DNA of 40,550 nucleotides from positions 1-40,550 of the IMG/VR virus record IMGVR_UViG_3300034128_000030; one strand, written 5' to 3'. The translations under genes were made by a program, and so were the position numbers. The stretch's first letter is position 1. Each line of letters begins with the position of its first letter. This stretch comes from a virus. Its lineage: Duplodnaviria > Caudoviricetes. The notes under the pieces are model-generated. The model had not been told where the DNA came from and did no database searches. It saw only the letters and a program-made list of their open reading frames with translations. This document shows, one piece after another, positions 11,301 through 20,198 of the stretch.

Positions 11301-13906
11301 GGTACGTGATGAATACATACCGAAAGGTGACTCCGACCACGAACTCGTACGGGGCCGTGAACGTGTTCCGCGACACCGACGGTGGCGGAGTCAGCCTCGC
11401 TGAAGCGTTCGGCACTGGGTTCGACTGGCGGGACTTTGCGGTCCACATGAAAGCGCGCGCAATCGCTGGCGGCATTCTCTGGCGCTTCAACAGGCACGGC
11501 GCAGAGGGCAACTACGCGCGAGTCGGTTTTGGATATCCGACAGCTCCGTCGTTGCCGGTAGGTGTGACGGTCGATGCCCGCTCCACCAACAACGCCGACA
11601 TCACCATCTCGCTTGCAGGCGGCGCCCCGAGGACGCTGGCGAATCTGCGCCCCACCGGTTTCGTGGGCCAAGCTGACGTGAGCAACGACCTCATCCTTCT
11701 TACGCACACCTCTCAGGTGGTGTTCAGGCTTGAGGTCGCGTCGGCCGTACGCAACTCCCTGGGCCAGACCACACTCTGGCTGACGCTTCCGGTGGGCGTA
11801 AGCCACGGCATCGCCTCGGGCCAGACCGTATGGATTCAGTCGGCAGACGTGAGCTTCACAACCGGACCCAAGTTCATCATCAACGCCAGCAACACGAGCA
11901 TCCAGTATATGGACATCCCAGGTGTCGTCCCTAGCATGACGGCTCCGATGTTCGTCTCCTATGACTCTGCCGGGGACATGAGCCTTGCGGGAGCGGGGAT
12001 TGTGGTGGGTGACCTTGTCAAGGTATCAGGGGTCGTGTCGCAGGTCACAGCGGCCAATGACAACGACATCACCACCGTGCGACCCGGGAACCCGGTTCTG
12101 TCCACTGCCATCGGCTGGACTTCCGTACCCGCCGCCGGCACCTCGGTCTTCCCCCTGGACGCAGCCTCCAATTCAACCTCCGCCATCGTCACAGCGGCCA
12201 ACGCCGTCGCGACATCGCCCGTGACGGGCCTTGAAGTCACGCCCGGGACCATCACCGCCGCCAGCGGTTGGACCTCTCTTTCGGACGGTCTCAATTTCGT
12301 CCGTTTGACCAACATCCCCACCCTGCCATCTGATGATTTCGTATTCACATTCAAGGACCCCACGAACCCAGCTCTCGCCCTCGGTGCAGACTGGATTAAT
12401 GAGGACGTGCGACTCGTTCCTCTGACCGCGACCAACGTTGCCGACTTCGTCTCGACCGCCGCGGTCTCAGCTCTGTTCAGCGGGGCCGAGATTCTCACTG
12501 CCGGCGAAGCTTCGCATCTCCAGCTCACGACCGTCACCTCTGGCGCTGCCGGGGCTGTAGCTGGTTCACCGGGCGGTGCCAATTCGCTGCACGCAGCGGT
12601 CGTAGGAAACGCATCCGCCAGCGGCTTTATCTCTACTGTGGCGGTTTCGGACTCCGCCTCGCTCGGCCTCACTGGGGACACCTGGGTGGCTGTCGACAAC
12701 GCCGTTAGGGCCACCAAGAACGTCATTTCTTCGGGGACCGCTCTGACCAGTCTGTCCCCGTCCGGCGCGGTAGAACTCTCCACCGACGCCTGGCGATACA
12801 GCGCTGGAGGCCCCACCACCCTGAACACAATCTCCACCTGGCAAGTAGAGCGCCACGGCCGTTTCGTAGCGTACGTGTCGGATGTGACCGTCCCCAGCTT
12901 CGCGAACGTCAGGGAGGAAGATTGGGTGGTCATCGACCCGAAACTAATCGACCCGGCGTACCCAGGCGCACCCCGCACGATGAACTCCCTCAACCGGGGC
13001 ATCTTCCGGGTGGTCCGAGCAGACGCCGCGTTGCGCACGTTCTGGATTGAGAACCCCTCCGCAGTGCCTGAGGTGGCGACCGCCGACGTCGTGTTTTTGT
13101 CCCACGACAGCACGCTCCCGGGCGACTCCTTGCTCGTCAACACCGCAGCGTGGGGCGCCAACAACCTCGGGTCGTGGACAGTCAAGAGCATCGACCTGAC
13201 CTCTCAGAGCAAGTTCGCTCTCGACACGTCATCCCGGATTCCTGCGAGCGCGGGCCCCACCGCACCTCTTGGTGCGTCTGCAGGCCTGGTTCGGGTGTAC
13301 GAAGGACAGCCAAGCAGGCTCATCAAGAAAATCCGCGGCATCGTCCGTACCGGCCCCCTGGCCGACATCCAGTTCTCAACCAACTACGGCTACACCCGCA
13401 TCAACGCCGCGAACGGCAGCACCATTTCCGCCCTGGACAAGCTCGGCCTGGACTCAGCTGTCCCGTCAGCTGGAATCGACGGATACGTGCACCTCACAGG
13501 GCTCATCGCTGAGGCCAGCAAGGTGGTGTACGGAGACGAGGCCCAGACCAGCACGTATCCCGGAATCGCTTCCGCGGGGGACAACATCGAAATCGTCGGC
13601 TCGATGGTGAAGAGAATTTCGGTTGCGCTTTCGCTCCGTGTCAGGACCGGCATCGACAGGGAGGACATCGAAAATTCAGTTCGCGCAGCTGTCGCCGCCG
13701 TCATCGACGCCACCCCCGAGTCCTCCCCCGTCGCGTTGGGGGACCTTGTAGCTGCGGCCCAGACCGTCAACGGAGTCATCGCCGCTACGATGCTCAGCCC
13801 CACCTACGACGCCACCCACGACATCATCGCAGTGCAGCCCGGAGAAAAACCGCGAGTAATCAATCCGAAGGTGGACGTCCTGGTCAGTTTTGCTGGAGTC
13901 ATTTAA
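8393..13906 (+). CDS. Giant baseplate J-like wedge protein (~1837 aa)
   Basis: Baseplate-J motifs 'AQGEALDRIG', 'PGSVGNVPVGAVT', 'NGLDTEDDSTYRERIR...SKGT', plus a J-type C-terminus 'LGDLVAAAQTVNGV...IAVQPGEKP'. ATG at 8393 preferred over the ORF-track start at 8336. Confidence 0.8.
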   Translation: MASVPTPRSRSQIIGEIVDSVTSRTEIGGFQVGSPQLSFIEAAATSDARGSQDTFQLLASNSLERAQGEALDRIGAKEQTPRLGQIPSSGWVDIFDTSFVRIATSIYQGGAAPAVGTVSLLVESAASFAPTGSLYIGRGTSNYEGPIPYSAVANAGAYWTITLVTGTTKTHNLGEGVVLAQGGNRAIPVGTLVRTPQGNASTAVQFAISFTASIPDGETETLQVPARARVPGSVGNVPVGAVTEFVSPPFIGAGVSNPAPFANGLDTEDDSTYRERIRAARQSKSKGTSLAVQTSVLGLSAPDENNRILSAHSVRSAGGGATLYIDDGTGYEHKTEGVAFESIVASATGGEKKFQLVSGKPVEKAALVTTVAPPFRLTHLSELAVEVGGTRTSHLFVDSEFASIANATAHEVASAINADASLGWVARTTDGATKVSLSAKASTNEEIQVVEPAAGNADAGAAMGFPTSLSQSLWLYRNDQLLSKDGRLAALRTKPQSGWGSISSGDTLLIEVDGIPLTITISDASFVAAKTPYAQVSATNSLASWAAVLNRTVPGITASVSGSSLVVQSNRNRSGEASVVVTGGAIGGAMFAETAAFGDNADYTLNRNIGLVQLSQALASGERLSAGSLSTRGFLEAEVASLVIASEPTSVAGEVGAELWVVVDGAPVVPAIGTGPGTDLTVSGVAAPPWGVRVRYTSTAGLSLFGDLRRGDWVIATDVNFDIENRGAFRVVDLPTSAPFSWVEVEQSPAWASPQALTLSGDGFRAVRTDVAPQRIFVGVTGNPYTATSLAREVDAQVVGGAATVYRTTRMRVRTNTFDATKGSIVAVAANAEGVRFGLAMGEVRRSGVSHLGSVVGTASQKGTPGFDFYEVGPAPTSTVLSFAGTAPSSGDVIVGLKSLAEFITDLNPRWGNQGFESTIEIQSTGSMTLREAPVKQWLQGERFYAAAPFALSARDSLGVVLDGDEISKRYVMNTYRKVTPTTNSYGAVNVFRDTDGGGVSLAEAFGTGFDWRDFAVHMKARAIAGGILWRFNRHGAEGNYARVGFGYPTAPSLPVGVTVDARSTNNADITISLAGGAPRTLANLRPTGFVGQADVSNDLILLTHTSQVVFRLEVASAVRNSLGQTTLWLTLPVGVSHGIASGQTVWIQSADVSFTTGPKFIINASNTSIQYMDIPGVVPSMTAPMFVSYDSAGDMSLAGAGIVVGDLVKVSGVVSQVTAANDNDITTVRPGNPVLSTAIGWTSVPAAGTSVFPLDAASNSTSAIVTAANAVATSPVTGLEVTPGTITAASGWTSLSDGLNFVRLTNIPTLPSDDFVFTFKDPTNPALALGADWINEDVRLVPLTATNVADFVSTAAVSALFSGAEILTAGEASHLQLTTVTSGAAGAVAGSPGGANSLHAAVVGNASASGFISTVAVSDSASLGLTGDTWVAVDNAVRATKNVISSGTALTSLSPSGAVELSTDAWRYSAGGPTTLNTISTWQVERHGRFVAYVSDVTVPSFANVREEDWVVIDPKLIDPAYPGAPRTMNSLNRGIFRVVRADAALRTFWIENPSAVPEVATADVVFLSHDSTLPGDSLLVNTAAWGANNLGSWTVKSIDLTSQSKFALDTSSRIPASAGPTAPLGASAGLVRVYEGQPSRLIKKIRGIVRTGPLADIQFSTNYGYTRINAANGSTISALDKLGLDSAVPSAGIDGYVHLTGLIAEASKVVYGDEAQTSTYPGIASAGDNIEIVGSMVKRISVALSLRVRTGIDREDIENSVRAAVAAVIDATPESSPVALGDLVAAAQTVNGVIAATMLSPTYDATHDIIAVQPGEKPRVINPKVDVLVSFAGVI

Positions 13907-15571
13907 GTGAACACGACACCGCTTACTGGTGGAGCCGAGCAAGAGACCGCGTTCAGCACGCTGCGGTCCTTGCTGCATCCGAACATCGGGGGGCCAGCCA
14001 CCGAGATTCTCCTCTCGGCGCTGGCCGATAGTGACCAGAAAAACTGGGACAACGCGAGACTCGCATTCGACCAGCTGTTCCATGCTACAGCTTCGGGAAA
14101 ATATCTCAACCGCCTGATGTCGGACGACGGCGTAGTCAGGCCCCCTCTTCTGGGCATCAACGACGACCTGTTTCGCAAGCTGGGGATTCAAGCCATCGCC
14201 TCCAAGCTGACCTTGCAGTCCTTGCTCGGGCTGCTGGAGGTCTTCTATGGCAGCTCTGCGGTGCGGTCCTTCGCCGAGACGGAGCTGGGTGGACCCTTCG
14301 CTTTGGCTCTTGGGCTGTCTCTGGAGTGGGCCCTGGACGAGAAAACCGCATTCAGGGTTGAGTTCACGCCAGAGATGTTCACAAACATTAATGCAGCGCG
14401 AGCCGAAGAGGTGGCTGCGGTCATCACCAAAGCCATGCACGACGAGAGGTCCGACGGCTTCGCCCTGCACGTAGTCGACCCGGAAACGGGCCTGGACAGA
14501 GTTCAGGTCTTCAGCGGGTCCCTGGGGCTCACCTCTTCCGTACGCTTCACTGGAGGCACAGCTCAGCCTCGTCTTCAGTTCAACACCCACAAAAACGTCT
14601 ACTCCGGCGACGCCGCCGGGAGCGTTTGGGTGTTCACTTCCCCCACCCAGGGCGTGACGCGTTTCTCGCTGACGACGGTTGGGCTCCCCGCGGTGGACCT
14701 GGGCGGCGTCGAGGAGGGGGACTATGTAGTCGTGGGTCCTGGGGTAGGCACCGTGACTCCAGCATCGTATAATGTGCTTGGGGTGACAACGGAGTGGTCT
14801 GGAGCGAATTACATCCAGTCAGTCGACCTGGTGGGTGACCTTGGGTTCATTGGCGCGTTCGTCCAAGCTTCGAACTCTCAGTTTTCGTTTTTCTCTCCGA
14901 CCAAGCGAACCACTCTCGCGGGCACCCGAACGGTTGCGGCCACTACCCCAGAATCGGGAGTTGAGATTTCGGTTCCGGCGACGACCCAAGTCGTAGTCCG
15001 CACCGAAGAGACGGGCAGCTATGCTCACGTGCCCGGCGACACCTCAGGAGCCGTCGGGCCCTACGTCTTTGACCCGCGGGACGGAATCCAAGTCACGTCA
15101 GTCCAAACCGCGTTGACCGCCCCCATGCTGAAGGGGCAGCATTACGACAAGGTGTCGGTGGTGAGCACGGAGGGTTTCCCGTCGACGGGCGGCTTTTTTG
15201 TTCTGGCGTTCGGACGCAGCATCCAATCGCAGCTGGTAAGGGTTATCACCGTCGCGAGCCCAACCGAACTCATTGTCGACTTCGGTGCCGAAACAGAGAA
15301 CGACTATCCGGCAGGCACAACCGTAGATTTTGTGCCGTCTAAGGCCCCGTACGTTCCAGAGTCGGGCGAGTTCGGAGCCTTTATCGCGACCGGCACCGCG
15401 ACGGGCCGACTCGTCGCAGAGCAGATGATTTCAAACTCCGTTGAGGCGGGATGTAACCTTTCCTTCGAGGTGACTTACCCGGGCGACCGAGGGCTTGGTG
15501 GCGAAGGTCGCCCCACCGACGGAGACGGGAAGCTTTCCGACATCGTGCAGGTATTCGGAGGAGACACATGA
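13907..15571 (+). CDS. Baseplate wedge subunit (gpI/gp7-like)
   Basis: Directly follows J (GTG start abuts the stop). 'LFHATASGKYLNRL...GVVRP...DDLFRKL' is a typical wedge N-terminus. Confidence 0.6.
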   Translation: MNTTPLTGGAEQETAFSTLRSLLHPNIGGPATEILLSALADSDQKNWDNARLAFDQLFHATASGKYLNRLMSDDGVVRPPLLGINDDLFRKLGIQAIASKLTLQSLLGLLEVFYGSSAVRSFAETELGGPFALALGLSLEWALDEKTAFRVEFTPEMFTNINAARAEEVAAVITKAMHDERSDGFALHVVDPETGLDRVQVFSGSLGLTSSVRFTGGTAQPRLQFNTHKNVYSGDAAGSVWVFTSPTQGVTRFSLTTVGLPAVDLGGVEEGDYVVVGPGVGTVTPASYNVLGVTTEWSGANYIQSVDLVGDLGFIGAFVQASNSQFSFFSPTKRTTLAGTRTVAATTPESGVEISVPATTQVVVRTEETGSYAHVPGDTSGAVGPYVFDPRDGIQVTSVQTALTAPMLKGQHYDKVSVVSTEGFPSTGGFFVLAFGRSIQSQLVRVITVASPTELIVDFGAETENDYPAGTTVDFVPSKAPYVPESGEFGAFIATGTATGRLVAEQMISNSVEAGCNLSFEVTYPGDRGLGGEGRPTDGDGKLSDIVQVFGGDT

Positions 15572-15993
15572 GCGGGATTGCGGTCGGTGCGGGGACCCTC
15601 GTGTACGTCAACGGAAAGATGTGGGGGAGAGCTGTTTCGTTTTCCTTTTCGCCTCAGACCCCTCACGTAGCTTTGCGTGGCCTGGACTTTTTGGGGGCTT
15701 GCGAGCTGTCTCCGACGGGCACCAGCATCTCTGGTAGACTCTCGATGTACCGGAAGGCAGGGGACGGAGGCGTTGAGGGGGCCGGGATGTCGGTCGCGTC
15801 GCAGTATATCCCCACCCTAAAATACTTCTCTCTTTCTCTCGTTGACCGCCGTACGAAGACGGTTCTTTTTGAGGCTCCCCACTGTGTCGTCGACAATCAA
15901 ACCTGGACGGTGCAACCCAAGAGCATCATCACGGGGGAAATCGCCTTCCAGGGGCTGGATTGGAATAATGAGCTTCAGCCGGTCCGCACCTGA
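15568..15993 (+). CDS. Tail tube-like / baseplate protein (141 aa)
   Basis: Small all-beta protein with a tube-like pattern ('VYVNGKMWGRAVSFSFS...ELSPTGTSISG...IITGEIAFQG'). Confidence 0.5.
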   Translation: MSGIAVGAGTLVYVNGKMWGRAVSFSFSPQTPHVALRGLDFLGACELSPTGTSISGRLSMYRKAGDGGVEGAGMSVASQYIPTLKYFSLSLVDRRTKTVLFEAPHCVVDNQTWTVQPKSIITGEIAFQGLDWNNELQPVRT

Positions 15994-15996
15994 CCA

Positions 15997-16010
15997 CGTA
16001 ATCTAAAACC
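15997..16010 (+). promoter_or_regulatory. Putative late promoter motif CGTAATCTAAAACC
   Basis: Exact copy of 26-39, followed by a GAGG RBS and the ATG at 16023. Confidence 0.55.
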
Positions 16011-16022
16011 ACAGAGGTCAAA

Positions 16023-19000
16023 ATGGCCGTTACTCGGCAGTCCAATTTTTTGAGCCAGCAGCGAGTCGACATCCCCCATCTGCGCGCGCTGGAGTCTGCC
16101 GTAGCGGGAGACTTCGACGTGCTTGCGGGTCGCGCACTTGCCGGTGAAGCCCCTCTCGTGCTGCGCGGATTTACCCCCGTGGGCGTAGCGGTAGGAGCCT
16201 CCGCGGTTTCCTTGCGTCTCATGACTGCCGACGCGCTGGTGTTCAACATGAACGCGGCCGAGTCGGGCACGTTCCTTTGGGTGCCCCTGAATCGCCCCAT
16301 CGAGACCCTGAACCCGACCACGAACCCCCGCATCACTGGCGGCTGGACGGCTGGCGCAGCGAATTTCGTAGGCCTCGAGTTCGTGCGCTTGGCGGACGAC
16401 TCAACGACCGACCTCGTTGAATTCCGAGACCCCATCACAGCCAAGGACACCCCCAAGCTGGTGCCGTTGGCTCGTACTCTCGACTACCGAATTCGCATCA
16501 GCACCGTGCCGTTCAGCGCCGAGCCTACCGTCGCCCCACTCGCAATCGTCACCCTGGACGGCGCCGGTTTTGTAGCTGCCTGCTACGACGCACGCGCAAT
16601 GATGTTCCGCCTTGGTCGCGGCGGCGACGCACCAGACCGCTACTCGTCTTTTGCCGGATGGACGCGCACCGACGAGCCGTTCGGGACCAACACCGACGCG
16701 GATTTTACTGGTGGCGACAAGAGCATTTCGAGCATGAAGGGCTGGATGGACGCCGTCATGACTCGGCTGTGGGAAGTGGGTGGCGGAAGCAACTGGTACT
16801 CCCAGGCGGCGGACCGCAACGTCACGCTGTCGACGATTGGGTCCCCGTTCCCGAACGGAGAATATTTCCAGTGGAACGCTGGAACCCAGACCGTTCAGTG
16901 GCAAGGTCTGCGGATTTCCTTTTCTGACTCCGCGTCCTACTCCGCGTACATTCAAGACGGTATGATGACGCCGTTCCGGCCTGGGCAGGCCCTGTACGTC
17001 GACCTCGACCGCTCGGCGACGCACGCTCCGGCATGGGCTCCGTCTCAGTTTTATGTGACCGGCGCCCTGGTGTCGAGTGGAGCCAACGCGTACGAGGCTG
17101 TGACAGGTGGAGTCTCTGGACTTGTGGCCCCAGCAGGTACTGGGCTTGTGGGGGACGGCACGGTCACCTGGCAGTATCTCGGAGCTGGCGCTCTTCCCCT
17201 GATTATGCAGGTCGGGGACCTCGAGACGCTCAGCGCTACCGGTGCGTCAGAGAACAGGTGGGTGGTTGCGTGGCGAGTGGAGGACCAGGTCTTCACGCGC
17301 GGCTGGCGCTATCCCGTTGGGACCCTGTTTGTCCCTGCGACCCCCACCGGCCAGGGCGTACTTAAGATTTCCCGCGACTACACTGGGGAGGATACCCCCG
17401 GCACGTCCGGGCTGAATGACCCGATTGCTCTGTCGGACCGAGGTGGAATCATCACCGCCCCCACCGCCATCCCGTTTGACAGAGCAGCTCTCATCATTAG
17501 GGGCGGTTCAATCGCCCAGCACGGACTGTACGTCTCGCCAGGCACGACCCTGACACCAATCGACTGGTGGGCAGCAATCGTAGGTGACAGCAATAACGCT
17601 CCGGGACGCAGCGGCGTACTTGGCCGAGGCACCGGGGCTCCCGGAGTGGTCGGTATCGCAGCGGCAGACCCGGCGACCGTGCCCACTGCGTTTGTGGGTC
17701 GCGAAATCGGCGTCGCGGGAGCTGGTGGACCTGGGGCCCCCGGCATCGCCGGCATTAGTGAGGGCAACAATGCGGCCACCGACGACCTCAACCCCAGCTA
17801 TCAGTACAGCCCAGGTGGGTACGGGGCAGGTAGCGACAACTCGGGTAGCTGGAACGCCTTCTCTCCTCGCATCTTTAAGGGGTTCGGCGGTCCGGGGTAC
17901 TTCGGCCGAGGCGGAGCGCTGGAAGGCTTTGGCGTAATCGGCATTGGCGGCGTAGGCAGTGTGGGGCCGTCCACTTTCTTCGAAGTGGCGTTCGGTGCTG
18001 GCGGAGCTTTTATTGGCGGCGGCTCCAACTCGAACGGTGCCGTAGCGCATGGAGGCACGACTGTCGGACTTGGGCTCTGGGGCTCGGCAATTACCGACAG
18101 TGGCTTTGTCGGCATCGGGACCGGAATGAACGGCGCCGGATTGGTCGGCATCTCGGCCGAGACCGGTACAGCCTACGGCGTCGAAGCTCACGGTTCGCAA
18201 GGCACCCAGGACTCCAACGGGCTTCTCGCTACCGCCAACTTGAACGGCCGAGCCATCAGGGCTGAGGCTAGCGGCTCTGGCGCGACGATTGAGGCCATCG
18301 CGTCCGGCACGGGTTGGGCTCTCGACGCCGAGCGACGAATTCGGGTGCATGGCAACAGCACGTCGGAAGTCGCCATCTTTGCTCCGAACGCAAGTACATC
18401 CAATGTCGTATCTTCGTTCAACCAGCTCCTCGTCAGCGCGAGCCCTTACTCCCACGTCGAAAACGTGCAGTACACGACGTTTGGAAACGGCATTACCTTG
18501 CTGGGGTACGGGGGCAGCGGAGTGTCGCTTGGGGTAGCGCGCAGTGCTGCAGTGCAAATCGCAAATCGTCAAAATACGAACGGGGCGCTGATTTGCGAGT
18601 GGCTGCAGAGGGACTCCGTCGGAACTGCCTACGACCAGGTGGCCAAGATGGACAGCTACGGTTCGCTGACCGTCAATGCGGGAGTCTCTGGGGGGCACGC
18701 AGTCCAGGGCAACGCCAACGTCGCCGGCAGCTACGGCGTCTTCGGTTTCGCCAACGCTGACAACTCGTACGCGATTGGCGCGCTCGCCAACGGCACAGGT
18801 CGCGTGGGGCTCTACGTCGACAGCAACAATATCGGCGTTCTGCTCGGCACGACCCCCGACCCCATCAGTGGAGTTGGAGTTGAGGCCCACCTGGGGATTG
18901 GCGCGACCGCCTTTTGGTCCCAGGGTCCTGGGCTGGGGCTCGCGGTAGATTCGGACGGCGCAAGCAACAGCATCGAGGTCACCGTCACCGGAAGTGGCAC

Positions 19001-19226
19001 CGGGGCCATTATCAATCTGCTCGGTGCAGACACACTGACAGCGGCCAAGCCCTGCCTGCAGCTGCTTGGGTCCACGGCCCGAGCACCACTGAACATGGGC
19101 GTCCTGAGCGCTTACCCGACCGGGGCAGCGCAAAACGGAGACATGTTCTTCTTGCGTTTGGCGGGACCTCCTGTTACGTACTACATTTGCGTGTACATCG
19201 ACGGCTGGCGCCAGACCTCCATCTAA
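16023..19226 (+). CDS. Tail fibre / receptor-binding protein (1067 aa)
   Basis: Last gene of the baseplate block. Baseplate-attachment-like N-terminus, an internal CBM-like module and a long Gly-rich repetitive C-terminal half. Confidence 0.7.
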   Translation: MAVTRQSNFLSQQRVDIPHLRALESAVAGDFDVLAGRALAGEAPLVLRGFTPVGVAVGASAVSLRLMTADALVFNMNAAESGTFLWVPLNRPIETLNPTTNPRITGGWTAGAANFVGLEFVRLADDSTTDLVEFRDPITAKDTPKLVPLARTLDYRIRISTVPFSAEPTVAPLAIVTLDGAGFVAACYDARAMMFRLGRGGDAPDRYSSFAGWTRTDEPFGTNTDADFTGGDKSISSMKGWMDAVMTRLWEVGGGSNWYSQAADRNVTLSTIGSPFPNGEYFQWNAGTQTVQWQGLRISFSDSASYSAYIQDGMMTPFRPGQALYVDLDRSATHAPAWAPSQFYVTGALVSSGANAYEAVTGGVSGLVAPAGTGLVGDGTVTWQYLGAGALPLIMQVGDLETLSATGASENRWVVAWRVEDQVFTRGWRYPVGTLFVPATPTGQGVLKISRDYTGEDTPGTSGLNDPIALSDRGGIITAPTAIPFDRAALIIRGGSIAQHGLYVSPGTTLTPIDWWAAIVGDSNNAPGRSGVLGRGTGAPGVVGIAAADPATVPTAFVGREIGVAGAGGPGAPGIAGISEGNNAATDDLNPSYQYSPGGYGAGSDNSGSWNAFSPRIFKGFGGPGYFGRGGALEGFGVIGIGGVGSVGPSTFFEVAFGAGGAFIGGGSNSNGAVAHGGTTVGLGLWGSAITDSGFVGIGTGMNGAGLVGISAETGTAYGVEAHGSQGTQDSNGLLATANLNGRAIRAEASGSGATIEAIASGTGWALDAERRIRVHGNSTSEVAIFAPNASTSNVVSSFNQLLVSASPYSHVENVQYTTFGNGITLLGYGGSGVSLGVARSAAVQIANRQNTNGALICEWLQRDSVGTAYDQVAKMDSYGSLTVNAGVSGGHAVQGNANVAGSYGVFGFANADNSYAIGALANGTGRVGLYVDSNNIGVLLGTTPDPISGVGVEAHLGIGATAFWSQGPGLGLAVDSDGASNSIEVTVTGSGTGAIINLLGADTLTAAKPCLQLLGSTARAPLNMGVLSAYPTGAAQNGDMFFLRLAGPPVTYYICVYIDGWRQTSI

Positions 19227-19235
19227 GGAAAAAAT

Positions 19236-19706
19236 ATGGCAGACATTTCGGTTCTCTACCCCAAATTCGGCGCGCAGGTCCCACGATTGCTGGCAGCTTG
19301 CGCTGCTCGAGGGGCCACCTACAAGGTGACCTCCACCGTTCGCACGTTCACGGAACAGGACAAGCTCTACGCCCAAGGGCGCCCAGGCAAGGACGGCAAA
19401 ATCGTGCCGGGCGGTATCATCACTCACGCCAAAGCGGGCCAATCGTACCATAACTACGGTGTGGCTTGCGATTTTGCGCGCATTAGGGACGGGAAGGCTG
19501 ACTGGTCTCCGGCCTCCTACGCAATTCTGGGCGAAGAGGCGGCGAAGCTCGGGCTTGAATGGGGCGGGTCCTGGAAATTCGTTGACGTCCCGCACGTGCA
19601 GCTCAGGGTCAAGCTCGCCGACTTGCAGGCTCAACTCAAGAAGGGCGGAATCGAGCAGGTCTGGAAGTGGCTCGACTCGTGTAATCTTGGACTCAAGGTG
19701 ACTTAA
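19236..19706 (+). CDS. Endolysin, M15-family (L-Ala-D-Glu-type) peptidase
   Basis: Motifs 'RTFTEQDKLYAQGR', 'SYHNYGVACD', 'GLEWGGSW..VDVPHVQL'. RBS AAGGA. Confidence 0.9.
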   Translation: MADISVLYPKFGAQVPRLLAACAARGATYKVTSTVRTFTEQDKLYAQGRPGKDGKIVPGGIITHAKAGQSYHNYGVACDFARIRDGKADWSPASYAILGEEAAKLGLEWGGSWKFVDVPHVQLRVKLADLQAQLKKGGIEQVWKWLDSCNLGLKVT

Positions 19707-20047
19707 TGGCTGGACGAATCATTCATGACGTGTCGCAGGGCATCGTGGCCGTTGGGGCCGGCGGAGTCGTTCAGGTCGCGTCGACCACCGGGCTCTACGA
19801 AAAAGCCTACGGGTACGTGTTCTTGGCGGGGCAGCCCGGCGAGACAGTGCGGATTGACCGCGTCCTTGACGCCACCCACGTGACGCTGCTGCTCGTCCGG
19901 GAGCGGCGTGGGAATTCCATCCTCGGGACCCCCATGGTTCTCAGCTCGGGGGACTACACCCACTTCGCCCCCACGGCGTACGTTGGCGGAATCCTGTCCC
20001 TCCCAGAGCAGGTCGTGCAGAACCCGAACGACCAGCCGCTGGCATAA
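19706..20047 (+). CDS. Hypothetical protein, probably virion-associated (113 aa)
   Basis: TAATG overlap with the endolysin stop, and GTAATCT at 19681-19687. 'VVQVASTTGL' resembles beta modules in the baseplate proteins. Confidence 0.55.
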   Translation: MAGRIIHDVSQGIVAVGAGGVVQVASTTGLYEKAYGYVFLAGQPGETVRIDRVLDATHVTLLLVRERRGNSILGTPMVLSSGDYTHFAPTAYVGGILSLPEQVVQNPNDQPLA

Positions 20048-20158
20048 CTACCAGTTCCAGGGCCCGGGATGGGCGATGCATGCCATGGCCGCAATGTTGG
20101 CGGCCATGAAAGCCGTCACGGCGAGAATCAGCGCGAGCCTCTTAAGTTGCGTAATCAT
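20048..20158 (-). CDS. 36-aa signal-peptide-bearing micropeptide MITQLKRLALILAVTAFMAANIAAMACIAHPGPWNW
   Basis: Translated by hand (below the ORF-track cutoff). RBS GAAAGGTG just upstream of the ATG, and a dedicated upstream promoter. Confidence 0.65.
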   Translation of the reverse strand: MITQLKRLALILAVTAFMAANIAAMACIAHPGPWNW

Positions 20159-20198
20159 TGGCACCTTTCACGGGAGACCTTCTTGCCTCCCAAAAAAG

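Noticed and set aside
16023-19226. Diversity-generating retroelement or invertible tail-fibre cassette
   Set aside because: No reverse transcriptase, invertase or duplicated TR/VR segment seen in the window.
17508-19634. 708-aa antisense ORF and other long shadow ORFs (e.g. 38363-39922, 30965-32341, 11959-13191)
   Set aside because: They lie opposite well-supported genes, have no motifs, and are expected in high-GC coding DNA.
19706-20047. Holin next to the endolysin
   Set aside because: No convincing transmembrane helix; it looks like a soluble beta-rich protein.
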